Notes: generated from the sequence alone by a model not told the origin. DNA of 64,000 nucleotides from an uncultured Verrucomicrobiota bacterium (GCA_913061285.1 CAJXVR010000002.1:2350-66349); one strand, 5' to 3'; positions 7,768 to 16,736 are shown, counted from the first letter of the stretch. Numbers and translations are program-made.

Positions 7768-9237
7768 ATGTCTTTCCGAATCAAAATTGCGCTCGTGGTT
7801 GGTCTTGTCACCGGAGGTATCATTCTTAGTTCCGTCTGGTTGCTGTGGGATATCACCTACCACTTCAATCTTGAAACAATCGACAACGAAGCCTCTCAAA
7901 TTATTCAGTCCAATATCGGGAAAGCCGCCGGAGTTTCTTTTTGGAAACGATTGGATGATTCCCTCGCTCAATTCAACCAAGATGCTGACGGGAAACGTCT
8001 CTTCCGCCTGTGGGTGGAGCCTCATGGACGTAAATCCTATGTTTCTTCTGATTGGCCCAAAGGCATCAATCCCAGCCCTCATTTTAGAGCCCCCACGCTC
8101 AGGGAGAACTCAGCACAAGCGTCATTAGCAGAAGATCAGAACACATTGAAAAACGTCACGCCTTCTAAAACCGAGCTCGTGCAGCTTCCGAGCCTCAACG
8201 AAGAATCCGGCAACGAACGATGGAGAATAGCCCTCTACTACAGCTCGTACGGAAATCTAGCCGTCGCATTCAATGTCGATTCGTTTGACGCCCGCATGAA
8301 TCAATTGCGATGGAGGTTCTTATTGGTCATCCTCTTCGCCATTCCAAGCGCACTGATAGCGGCCTGGTATCTCGCTGGGAGATCCTTGAAACCAGTGAAC
8401 CGTTTGACCGCTACTGTGGAATCCTTAACAACCCAGGCATTGGATCAAAGAATCGAAGAGATCGGTCAAGAAAAGGAATTTCACCGCTTGGTTGCTGTCT
8501 TCAACGAAATGATGGGGCGATTGGAAAAATCATTCCATCAAGCGAGCCGGTTCAGTGCCGACGCCTCTCACGAACTCAAGACTCCCCTTACCCGAATGCA
8601 AATGGAGCTCGAAAAGGCACTAAAGGAATCGATTCCGGGCTCGACCGAGCAACAGGTGTATTCAAGCCTCTTGGACGAGATAGGCCATCTCACCACGATC
8701 GTAAAAAGTCTAACCCTTTTGTCGACATCCGATGCCGGCAAACTACAACCGACATTGGAAACTCTAGACCTAAGAGCCATTCTCGAGAACGTCGTGGAAG
8801 ATTGGACCGCCTTCTATAACGATAGAGACTTTGAGCTACGTTCGGATCAGCCCGTGGTCGTACCGGGCGATCGGTCGCTCATCGAGCAAGCGATTCAGAA
8901 TTTGGTAAGCAACGCCGTCAAGCATGGGCAGGAAAGCACGCCGATTCGAATCGACCTGAGCAGGAATGAGCAAGGGGCCAAGCTTTCGATCACGAATCAA
9001 GCCAATCCAATCTCGGTCGAGAACCAAACAAAACTCTTCGACCGTTTTTTTAGAACGGACTATTCGAGAGCCGTTACCAGTCCCGGAGTAGGACTGGGCC
9101 TGAGTTTAACAAGAGAAATTGCCAGAGCTCATGGCGGCAACGTCACGCTTGTTTCCTCTGACACCCGCTCTACAATCTTTGAATTGACGTTACCGAATGC
9201 GGAACACTCGCCGCTTTCCCACACGCTCAAACATTGA
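7768..9237 (+). CDS. sensor histidine kinase (two TM helices, periplasmic domain, HAMP, HisKA, HATPase)
   Basis: H-box SADASHELKTPLT; N, G1 and G2 boxes (NLVSNAVKHG, GVGLGLSL). 17 bp downstream of the response regulator. Confidence 0.95.
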   Translation: MSFRIKIALVVGLVTGGIILSSVWLLWDITYHFNLETIDNEASQIIQSNIGKAAGVSFWKRLDDSLAQFNQDADGKRLFRLWVEPHGRKSYVSSDWPKGINPSPHFRAPTLRENSAQASLAEDQNTLKNVTPSKTELVQLPSLNEESGNERWRIALYYSSYGNLAVAFNVDSFDARMNQLRWRFLLVILFAIPSALIAAWYLAGRSLKPVNRLTATVESLTTQALDQRIEEIGQEKEFHRLVAVFNEMMGRLEKSFHQASRFSADASHELKTPLTRMQMELEKALKESIPGSTEQQVYSSLLDEIGHLTTIVKSLTLLSTSDAGKLQPTLETLDLRAILENVVEDWTAFYNDRDFELRSDQPVVVPGDRSLIEQAIQNLVSNAVKHGQESTPIRIDLSRNEQGAKLSITNQANPISVENQTKLFDRFFRTDYSRAVTSPGVGLGLSLTREIARAHGGNVTLVSSDTRSTIFELTLPNAEHSPLSHTLKH

Positions 9238-9265
9238 AAAGAGATTCCAATGGAAGAATCCAAGC

Positions 9266-9361
9266 CTAGAGAATGCGTTCAAATAGACTCCAAATTCTTC
9301 GATACTCGTCGAGCCAACTTGTAGGCTCTCGAAACCCGTGGGATTCGACCGGATAAGGCGC
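9266..9361 (-). pseudogene. 3'-terminal fragment of an S9 peptidase paralog
   Basis: Encodes APYPVESHGFREPTSWLDEYRRIWSLFERIL*. That is 28 of 31 residues identical to the C-terminus of the intact peptidase at 11497 (APYPVEPHGFREPTSWLDEYRRIWGLFERYL*). No peptidase sequence lies upstream of it. Confidence 0.6.
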
Positions 9362-9383
9362 TCTCGACCGTATGGAGTAGTTT

Positions 9384-9665
9384 TCAGGTAATGGCTTCGG
9401 CTTGTTTGGCCTTCGAAGCTTGGAACAGACTGAACAAGGCAACGACAATGGGTGACCCAGCCACAATCGAAGCGTCCCCGGTGTAGTATTTTTTTCGTCG
9501 GGCAATTTTTTTCAATTGATAACCAAAGGTCGGTGCCGCCGCCGTTACGGGTTCATCCAATAGATGCCGCTTGATATCAGCGACGAGACTGCTGACAGTT
9601 TCATAGCGATGGGTCCAATCTTTCTCGACTTCTCCCAATCCTTGATTTTCTCGGCAGGCGGTCAA
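9384..9665 (-). pseudogene. Ser/Thr kinase fragment (end of C-lobe, juxtamembrane segment, TM helix)
   Basis: EKDWTHRYETVSSLVADIKRHLLDEPVTAAAPTFGYQLKKIARRKKYY...IVAGSPIVVALFSLF matches the subdomain XI to post-kinase region of PVC membrane kinases. TTG start only, a stop directly upstream, and it ends 12 aa after the TM helix. Confidence 0.6.
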
Positions 9666-9687
9666 TACTCAAACACTTAAACATTGT

Positions 9688-10371
9688 ATGACTATGAAAC
9701 AAATCCCTGCATTCCGTCTATTTGCCCTCTTCGCGACCATCGCCATTGTGGGCTGTTCAAATCCCGCTGACGACGTCGCCAAAGCAGAAGTCACTGAAGC
9801 CACGGAGGAGACTCCGAATGCGACGTCGACAGCCACACAAGGTGCCAATGCAAAGACCTTCGTTCTTGGTGGTGATTCGACGATCCATTTTCTGGGTTCC
9901 AAGGCGGTCGGAGGCGAACAACCGGGCGGATTCAAAACCTTTGTCGGACAGTTGAATGTGGTGGACGGGAAGCTGGCCGCCGAAGGCAGCAAGATCGTGA
10001 TCGATATGAATGCGACCTGGAGTCAAGCCGGCGACCGACTCACCAATCATTTGAAGAACGAAGATTTCTTCGATGTCCCGAATTTCCCGACATCAACGTT
10101 CGCCGCGACGAGAATTGAATCCGAGGGCGAAGGTCAAAGGGTCACTGGTAACCTCACGCTTCATGGCGTCACCAAATCGATTTCCTTTCCAGCCGCCGTT
10201 GATGTTTCCGATGACAACGTTTCCCTGCAAGCCGAATTCGCGATCAATCGCTTCGACTTCGGCATCGAATTTCCCGGACAAGCGGACAACTTGATTCGCA
10301 AAGAAGTCGTCATGACCCTCAACGTCAAGGCGACGCCAGGCGAGGCTGAATTCAACACGGTGGCCCAATAG
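9688..10371 (+). CDS. YceI-like periplasmic lipoprotein
   Basis: Lipobox IVGC. YceI-family core (FLGSK...GGFKTF.G...D...W....RLTNHLKNEDFFDV..FPT.TF...G.LTLHGVTK...F). Confidence 0.9.
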   Translation: MTMKQIPAFRLFALFATIAIVGCSNPADDVAKAEVTEATEETPNATSTATQGANAKTFVLGGDSTIHFLGSKAVGGEQPGGFKTFVGQLNVVDGKLAAEGSKIVIDMNATWSQAGDRLTNHLKNEDFFDVPNFPTSTFAATRIESEGEGQRVTGNLTLHGVTKSISFPAAVDVSDDNVSLQAEFAINRFDFGIEFPGQADNLIRKEVVMTLNVKATPGEAEFNTVAQ

Positions 10372-10412
10372 TCGGCCTATACATGCTGCTAAGCCGAAAG
10401 GAAATCTTCCGC

Positions 10413-11426
10413 TCAAGGTTTGACCAGAATATGCTGCGAGCCGGAGCCATTTCTCACGGCATAGCGGAATTTGTTATTTTCCCAGCCTTGTTTACTCGCT
10501 CCGTGCTCGCCATTTCGGGCCAGCGCCACGAGTCCGCCGTCAAATGAATAGCCTTTGTCAGTAATTCGTTTGATGGCTGCTTGAGTGGCCTCTGCCGGCG
10601 TCGCCCCCGCCCGCATGAGCTCGATCGTGTGGTAGGTCGGCAGAAATCGCATCATCACATCCCCATTTCCCGTCGCAACCGCAGCACCGACTTCGTTATC
10701 ACAGTAGGCACCGGCACCGGCAATGGGAGAATCCCCCACCCGGCCCGGCAACTTGAAGTTGCGACCGTTGGTCGAGCAACCGACACCAATATTTCCTTGA
10801 GCGTCCACCGCCATCGTCCCAACCGTATCGTGCCCCTCCAAAGGGCGTTGTTCGCCGATGGGTTCAGGATCCCAAGCACTGGATTCTTTGTTCTTAGCGA
10901 CCCACGCCTCCCAGAACTTTTGAGACCGGAGGTTCGTCAGCGAGGTCTCTTCAAATCCCATCCGCACCGCGAACCGAGTTGCGTCGTCTCCCACGAGCAG
11001 ACTGTGCTGCGTTTCTTCCATCACCTTGCGCGCTACCGAAACGGCTCGCTTGATCCGCTTTAGGCAGCCGACCGCGCCGACATCATGGGTGGGGCCCCAC
11101 ATCATCATCGCGTCCAAGGTCGTTTCGCCGATTTCATTGGGCACCCCTCCGAAACCCACATAAAACTCATCGGGTAAGAGTTCCACATGGTTAATCGCCG
11201 CCTCGACCGCATCGATTGCCAAGCCACCGCTCTGCAGGACTGGCCACCCCACATCGTTCGCTCCTGGCCCGAAATCCCATGTTGTTATGATCACGGGACC
11301 ACCATGTTCATCCTTCGTTGCTGCCAAACCGTTCAATGGTAGAGCAGCGAGGGCGGTCGCAGTGGCGGCCAGCGCGAACTCTCGGCGATTCATTCCGGTG
11401 GACGAGGTTTGTTTTAAGGCTTTCAT
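10413..11426 (-). CDS. glycosylasparaginase / asparaginase-2 family Ntn hydrolase (TAT signal)
   Basis: Start trimmed to MKALKQTSSTGMNRREFALAA (ATG 11426), which removes the overlap with the upstream gene. Autoprocessing and active-site motifs HDTVG and GRVGDSPIAGAGAYCDNEVGAAVATGNGD. Confidence 0.85.
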   Translation of the reverse strand: MKALKQTSSTGMNRREFALAATATALAALPLNGLAATKDEHGGPVIITTWDFGPGANDVGWPVLQSGGLAIDAVEAAINHVELLPDEFYVGFGGVPNEIGETTLDAMMMWGPTHDVGAVGCLKRIKRAVSVARKVMEETQHSLLVGDDATRFAVRMGFEETSLTNLRSQKFWEAWVAKNKESSAWDPEPIGEQRPLEGHDTVGTMAVDAQGNIGVGCSTNGRNFKLPGRVGDSPIAGAGAYCDNEVGAAVATGNGDVMMRFLPTYHTIELMRAGATPAEATQAAIKRITDKGYSFDGGLVALARNGEHGASKQGWENNKFRYAVRNGSGSQHILVKP

Positions 11427-11496
11427 CGATTTGTCAATTAGTCTGTGGCATCTTGCCGCAGATTCCCTAGTGAGGCGAGACGCCTCATCCACTTTT

Positions 11497-14112
11497 CTAT
11501 AGATACCGCTCGAACAGGCCCCAAATCCTGCGATACTCATCGAGCCAGCTCGTCGGTTCCCGGAATCCGTGAGGCTCGACCGGGTACGGAGCAATCCACC
11601 AATCTTCTTTTTCAAGTTCAATCAATCGTTGCACGAGCCGGACGCTATCTTGAAAAAACACATTGTCGTCCAGCATCGGCGCGCAGATCAACAAGGGCTT
11701 TTCAAGTCCACTGACAAACTCGATCGGAGAACTTCGTCTGTAGGCTTCGGGATCTAGTTCCGGCGTATTCAAAATATTCGACGTGTAGCCATGATTGTAG
11801 TGGGCCCAATCAGTGACCGGGCGCAGAGCGGCGCCCGCAGCGAACAAATCAGACTCGTTGAACAGAGCCATCAAGGTTAGGAAGCCTCCGTAGGACCCTC
11901 CGTAAACACCAATCCGCTCGCGGTCGACGCCATGATTATCGACCAACCACTCCACCCCGTCTCGCAAATCCTCCAATTCAGTGGAACCCATCTTTCGATA
12001 AATCGCGGTTCGCCAATCTCGGCCATAGCCGGCCGACGCTCGATAGTCCATATCCAGAACAACAAACCCTTGTTGAACGAGAAATGAATGAAACATGAAC
12101 TCTCGCGAATAAGCAGACCACCCCAAATGGGCGTTTTGTAAATAGCCCGCTCCATGGACGAACATAACTGCCGGACGTTTCCCGTCTCTATCTTTCGTCG
12201 GCAAATAGAGTCTCGAATGGATGGGCTGTTGCCCGTGCTGCGACGGAACTTCCACGTGTTTAGGCACAACCCAAGGACGACGCTTGAAAGCAGCACTTAA
12301 CGTATCCGTTCGTTTCGTAGCAGCGGCGAATGGCTCTGCCGCTTGAAGGAACAATTCCGGAGGGCGATTCGCCTTCGAGTGTGTGATCAGCAAGTGACGC
12401 CCAGTGGGTGAAAGCACGGCCGACGACATGCCTCCAAGTTGAGTCATTTGTTCCACGGTTCCATCCGCCAGCGAGGTCCGATAGATTTCGTATTGCCCAG
12501 AATGTTCCCGGTTGGCACGGAAATAGAGATAGCGCCCTGTTACCGACAGCTGAGGTTCGGTCGCCACATAGTTCCCTCGTGTGAGCGCCACAGGTTTCGG
12601 ATGCTCCGCATCGGATGGATCGCCCGATGCGAGCGTGACGAGATAGAGATGGGCGAAGCCACTCTCTTCTGATTGAAACCAGAGTTTCCCTCCATCACGA
12701 GACCAGCCATAATCGTTGTGTCTCCAATTAATCCACGCCGAATCGTGAAGATGGTGAAGAGGGCGGCAACTCCCTGTCTTTAGATCGACCGAGCCAAGCC
12801 AACGATCTTTGTTATCAAATGAGAACGCTTGAAAAACCAGAGCGGAGCCATCGTGATTGAAAGCCAGTGAACGAAACTGCACTGGGCGAGGTTTTGGATC
12901 GGCTTCCTTTTCTTTCTTGTCAGATTCTGATGATTCTTTCGCGTCGCTCTCAGTTGTGTTTTCGGCGGCTTCCTCTAATGCCTTTTTTCGTTTCGCTTCA
13001 CGATCCTTGGCCGATTCTCTCAGCGCCTTCAGCGGGTCGTTGGCAATTCCGGGAAGCGTCTCTGTCTTGATTTCAATCAGTGATCGAGTCTCTCGATTGA
13101 GCAGCATTAGCTTTGAATGAAAAGGCTTCCCGGTGCCGACCTTATGACGCACCTCCCGGATTTCAATATCTCCACTCGTCGTGACCCATTCAGGCATTTT
13201 CGTCTTGGAAGGTTTCAAACGTTTCTTGGGAAGCAACACGAGGGCCATATGATGTCCCGAAGGACTATAGGCCACCGGCCCCAACTCAAACTCCTCACCA
13301 AGATAGAACGGCGTCCCGGGTAAACTGAGATCCTCTCGATTGAGACGTTGCCGCTCTGCTTCGCGGAGTTCTTTCTCCGCCTCCCTCTTCTCAACGATGT
13401 CGAAAAGCCTTTCTTGCTGCCTGGTCAGAAGTGATTTCTTCTTCGCCGCTTCGAGTTTCTTCTCACGAGGTTCTTTGTCAAAGACAAGCGGGAAAGGTTC
13501 TGACTCGAGGCCGGAATCAAGATCGCGAACTAAGAATTGATTCCCACGGCGAAATCCAATCGATCCATCATTCAGAAAGAATGGCTGACTCTCTCGCGTG
13601 GTTGTTCGCGTGAGTTGAGTGATACGACCGCCTTCGAGCTCACGATGGTAGATATCGCCATTTCGCGAATAAATCTTTTCGGTATAACGTTGCCGCTCAG
13701 GGCTGAAGCGCCAAACGCCTCCGGAGACCGATTCCTGAGCAGCCTGCGCAGGCGTCACCCTCACTGCTTGATCCAGCTCGGTTCTGCTGGCCTTGTAGCG
13801 ATCCCTGATCGTGGTGCCCTGTCGTTTGCGCGTGAAGTAGAAATGTTCGCCCAAATCTCCCCAATAGGCATTCTCTGGTTCGCGCCCTAACCAATCTTGG
13901 TCCGACATGATGAGTTTCAGGTTTATCTCATCTCCAGCAATCAGCTCCTCAGAGACTTCCGGCGTCGATTGGCTATGAGCAGAATCAATCCACCCGAACA
14001 TGAGCAGAACGACCACCAGCGAGGCGTGGAACCTTGGCCAGCGATGCCCAAAGGCCCTCCTTGGCCCAAGGGTTTGGTGAGAGCCAAGAAAATGGCGGCG
14101 ATGAATAATCAT
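11497..14112 (-). CDS. S9 family serine peptidase (prolyl oligopeptidase / DPP-like)
   Basis: Start trimmed to MIIHRRHFLG (ATG 14112). C-terminal alpha/beta hydrolase with GGSYGG nucleophile motif. The beta-propeller region carries charged inserts. Confidence 0.85.
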   Translation of the reverse strand: MIIHRRHFLGSHQTLGPRRAFGHRWPRFHASLVVVLLMFGWIDSAHSQSTPEVSEELIAGDEINLKLIMSDQDWLGREPENAYWGDLGEHFYFTRKRQGTTIRDRYKASRTELDQAVRVTPAQAAQESVSGGVWRFSPERQRYTEKIYSRNGDIYHRELEGGRITQLTRTTTRESQPFFLNDGSIGFRRGNQFLVRDLDSGLESEPFPLVFDKEPREKKLEAAKKKSLLTRQQERLFDIVEKREAEKELREAERQRLNREDLSLPGTPFYLGEEFELGPVAYSPSGHHMALVLLPKKRLKPSKTKMPEWVTTSGDIEIREVRHKVGTGKPFHSKLMLLNRETRSLIEIKTETLPGIANDPLKALRESAKDREAKRKKALEEAAENTTESDAKESSESDKKEKEADPKPRPVQFRSLAFNHDGSALVFQAFSFDNKDRWLGSVDLKTGSCRPLHHLHDSAWINWRHNDYGWSRDGGKLWFQSEESGFAHLYLVTLASGDPSDAEHPKPVALTRGNYVATEPQLSVTGRYLYFRANREHSGQYEIYRTSLADGTVEQMTQLGGMSSAVLSPTGRHLLITHSKANRPPELFLQAAEPFAAATKRTDTLSAAFKRRPWVVPKHVEVPSQHGQQPIHSRLYLPTKDRDGKRPAVMFVHGAGYLQNAHLGWSAYSREFMFHSFLVQQGFVVLDMDYRASAGYGRDWRTAIYRKMGSTELEDLRDGVEWLVDNHGVDRERIGVYGGSYGGFLTLMALFNESDLFAAGAALRPVTDWAHYNHGYTSNILNTPELDPEAYRRSSPIEFVSGLEKPLLICAPMLDDNVFFQDSVRLVQRLIELEKEDWWIAPYPVEPHGFREPTSWLDEYRRIWGLFERYL

Positions 14113-14293
14113 ACAGTTCCCTTGGCTGTATTCGATCTTTAGCGAGGGTTCAATAGGAATGTGCCAAGCGATTGGGTTCCTATTGAGAGAAACACCCCAA
14201 TGGGGACGGACAACAAGCAGCTCGAAATCCGGCCTCAGAACAAAGGGACAAGCGGACAACTGTCGCACTGTTCCTCGCGACTCGAGGACGAAA

Positions 14294-15037
14294 TCATTCC
14301 GCCTTAGTCGCAATCGCCGCTACTTGCTCTTGCTTGGACACAACGACTCCGCCCGGCTGTTCCACCGTAATCACAAAGGCAGCGGGCTCACTGACCGAAA
14401 GCTTAGCCACAATCGGCAACACTAATTCTTCATTTGAGGCGATATCAAAAACCCCACCATCCACCGGAACGGAGTCTCGACTAGGATCAACAATCCAGAG
14501 CTGATACTGCCTTTCGGAAGGTTCGTTGACTGGCAAGCCCTGGAGACGCATGTACCCCTCCTGTTTCGTATCGGACCAAACCACATCGCCTCGAACCTCA
14601 GAAAAACTCTCTGTTCCGGCAAAAACTTGCCGCCAAATATCGGACTCTTGAACGAGAGCCTGTCTTGCCAGGGCGGGCGTGAGGAGTCGCTCGCCAGGGC
14701 GCCCAAAGAGAAAAAAGCCAACCACTAGTCCTGCGGCGACTGCCCATCCCAATGCAGGATGACGCCAAAAGGAAACGATCGCAGCCTTCTCAGCTAGTGC
14801 CGCAAACGACTGAGAATCCACGAGCAGCGTTTCCCGGAGAGCCTCGTTTGGGAGCGGAGCAGACGAAGAGTGAGCCCCCTCCAAACCTGCGACTAACCAG
14901 TCGAGTTCGGCATCAGGCTTAAAGCCTTCTTCTTGCACAAGCCGGGTCCACTCGCGTTGCTCTGATTCACTCAGGTCTCCCAATGCCCGGGCTGCATCTA
15001 ACTCATCAAAGCGATCTTGAAGTTGGGAATCCCTCAT
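14294..15037 (-). CDS. anti-sigma factor (RskA-like C-terminal domain, single TM)
   Basis: ATGA overlap with the upstream ECF sigma. Central TM (ALGWAVAAGLVVGFFLF). C-terminus YQLWIVD...VDGGVF...FVITVEQPGG is typical of anti-sigma-K/RskA. Confidence 0.75.
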   Translation of the reverse strand: MRDSQLQDRFDELDAARALGDLSESEQREWTRLVQEEGFKPDAELDWLVAGLEGAHSSSAPLPNEALRETLLVDSQSFAALAEKAAIVSFWRHPALGWAVAAGLVVGFFLFGRPGERLLTPALARQALVQESDIWRQVFAGTESFSEVRGDVVWSDTKQEGYMRLQGLPVNEPSERQYQLWIVDPSRDSVPVDGGVFDIASNEELVLPIVAKLSVSEPAAFVITVEQPGGVVVSKQEQVAAIATKAE

Positions 15038-15606
15038 GCTGATGCTGTCCTTTCCTGTCGCATGGCAGAGCGAAGTTCAACAAGTCCTCGGCGCAGTTTC
15101 GTTTTGACCGTCCCCAATGGTAATCCTGTTTCACTGGCAATTTCGGGGTGGGTCTTGCCCTGCTCGAAATGCAACAAGAAAAGTTCCCGAGTGTCTGACG
15201 GTAGATTTCTTAGGGCAGCTTGAATTTCCTCAGCCCCAATTCGGGACGAGGGATTGCGATTGGAATCCGCTTCAGCGACATCAAACCCATCCGCGATTGG
15301 CTCAAGCATGGGACGTCGGGACCGCTTTCTCAGCCAATCAATCGATCGCCCCCGAGCGATCAATCCAACAAACGTCGCTTCGGACGCGCGGGACGAATCA
15401 AAGCGACCCGCCTTTTGCCAAAGCTCTGTAAAAACTTCTTGCACCACGTCTTCAGTCTCTGAATCCGGTTTGACAAAGCGGCGGGCGATGCTCCAGACGA
15501 GCCCCCCAAACGCGTCGATGCACTCCCTCATCGCTTGCGCCTCGCGGCGGGCAACCCGCGGGAGAATCCCAGGCTCGTTTCCTTGATGACTTTTGGCCAG
15601 CGCCAT
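15034..15606 (-). CDS. ECF sigma-70 factor
   Basis: Region 2 (DVVQEVFTELWQKAGRFD) and region 4 HTH (PEIASETGLPLGTVKTKLRRG). Confidence 0.9.
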   Translation of the reverse strand: MALAKSHQGNEPGILPRVARREAQAMRECIDAFGGLVWSIARRFVKPDSETEDVVQEVFTELWQKAGRFDSSRASEATFVGLIARGRSIDWLRKRSRRPMLEPIADGFDVAEADSNRNPSSRIGAEEIQAALRNLPSDTRELFLLHFEQGKTHPEIASETGLPLGTVKTKLRRGLVELRSAMRQERTASA

Positions 15607-15647
15607 AAATCAGTCAGATCGAAGATTCTCCCGCGGTACCAATATCA

Positions 15648-16439
15648 TTAGTGTGCTGATGCCATCAACATGGAGTCAAAGGCACGTCGGAGGGTCCATG
15701 AATTCGTCGTGTCACAATGGGTATTCGACACGGATTTCATTGCGGAAGTCAACATTTTGCGTTGCGAGCGAGTCAAGACTCCCTCGGGCATCATCATGAT
15801 CGCGCCAGCAGCTGTTTCATAGACCGCAGCACAAGCCGCATGGTTCCCTTGATTGAAAAGCGGCACCCCTCGATTGATAGCCATGCGAACGATGTGCCTC
15901 GGCGACTGCCCCGCGCTTCCATTGAGCGCCGCCGATTCCTTAGCGGGGGGAAGCAGAACCGAATCAATCACGTGAATAATCCCGTTCGAACACTTGATAT
16001 CAGTCTTGATCACCTTTGATTGATTCAAGAAGAGTCCTTCCTCACGTTTCGTCAGTTTGATGGACTTCTCATTCAAGGCCGTTGCCTCGTTAAGCGTCAC
16101 CGCCGTCTTCGCAGGCACCTTGCCTGACACCACGTGATAAGTCAGAATATCGATTAGTTGATCCTTATTCTCTGGTTTCAGCAGCGATTCCACTGTGCCT
16201 TCTGGCAATTTAGCAAACGCTTCATCCGTTGGTGCAAAGACAGTAAACGGCCCTTCCCCTTTAAGAGTTCCAACAAGATTTGCCGCTCCCAAGGCAGCTG
16301 CTAGGGTTTTGAAACTTCCGGCGGCGATAGCCGTGTCGACGATGTCCTTCTTGCCATGATGATCCGCGTTTAAAAACGCAGGAGCAACAAGCACAGCACT
16401 GGCAAGAACGATTGATTTGAATGGATTAATTATGTTCAT
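15648..16439 (-). CDS. fasciclin (FAS1) domain protein with extra C-terminal helical domain
   Basis: Start trimmed to MNIINPF (ATG 16439). Signal peptide. FAS1 motifs FTVFAPTDEAF and NGIIHVIDSVLLP. About 85 aa of unassigned C-terminal tail. Confidence 0.85.
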   Translation of the reverse strand: MNIINPFKSIVLASAVLVAPAFLNADHHGKKDIVDTAIAAGSFKTLAAALGAANLVGTLKGEGPFTVFAPTDEAFAKLPEGTVESLLKPENKDQLIDILTYHVVSGKVPAKTAVTLNEATALNEKSIKLTKREEGLFLNQSKVIKTDIKCSNGIIHVIDSVLLPPAKESAALNGSAGQSPRHIVRMAINRGVPLFNQGNHAACAAVYETAAGAIMMMPEGVLTRSQRKMLTSAMKSVSNTHCDTTNSWTLRRAFDSMLMASAH

Positions 16440-16736
16440 ATTAGCTTCCTTTAAGACCCGCGTTACCACAACGCAAAGTCATTACGTCAAAGGGTTCGCT
16501 AGAGAACAGAATTCAGATTCAACTTTCTCAAAAAAAATCGCAGGCACGAGAAGAGAGAAAAGAGAGGCAGATCTAAAGGCTGTAAAATTTGAGGGTCCGA
16601 GAGAATTTAGGCATCAATCTCACGCCTCCCTCCATTACCGCCCCGGCACTAGAATCACTGCTATGAGCGATCAGGAATTGCTTCACAGATGCCTTCAGGG
16701 CACAGAACGAGATTTCCTCTGACAGGATTCTTCCCC

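Noticed and set aside
10413-11621. N-terminal extensions of track ORFs (10413-11621, 11497-14313, 16737-17921, 25791-26240, 30329-34165, 41307-42569, 44209-44775, 24262-24882, 24792-25712, 48526-49230, 57771-58790)
   Set aside because: In each case an internal ATG is followed by a signal peptide or the conserved family N-terminus, and using it removes the overlap with the neighbouring gene or terminator. The extensions show no similarity to the family.
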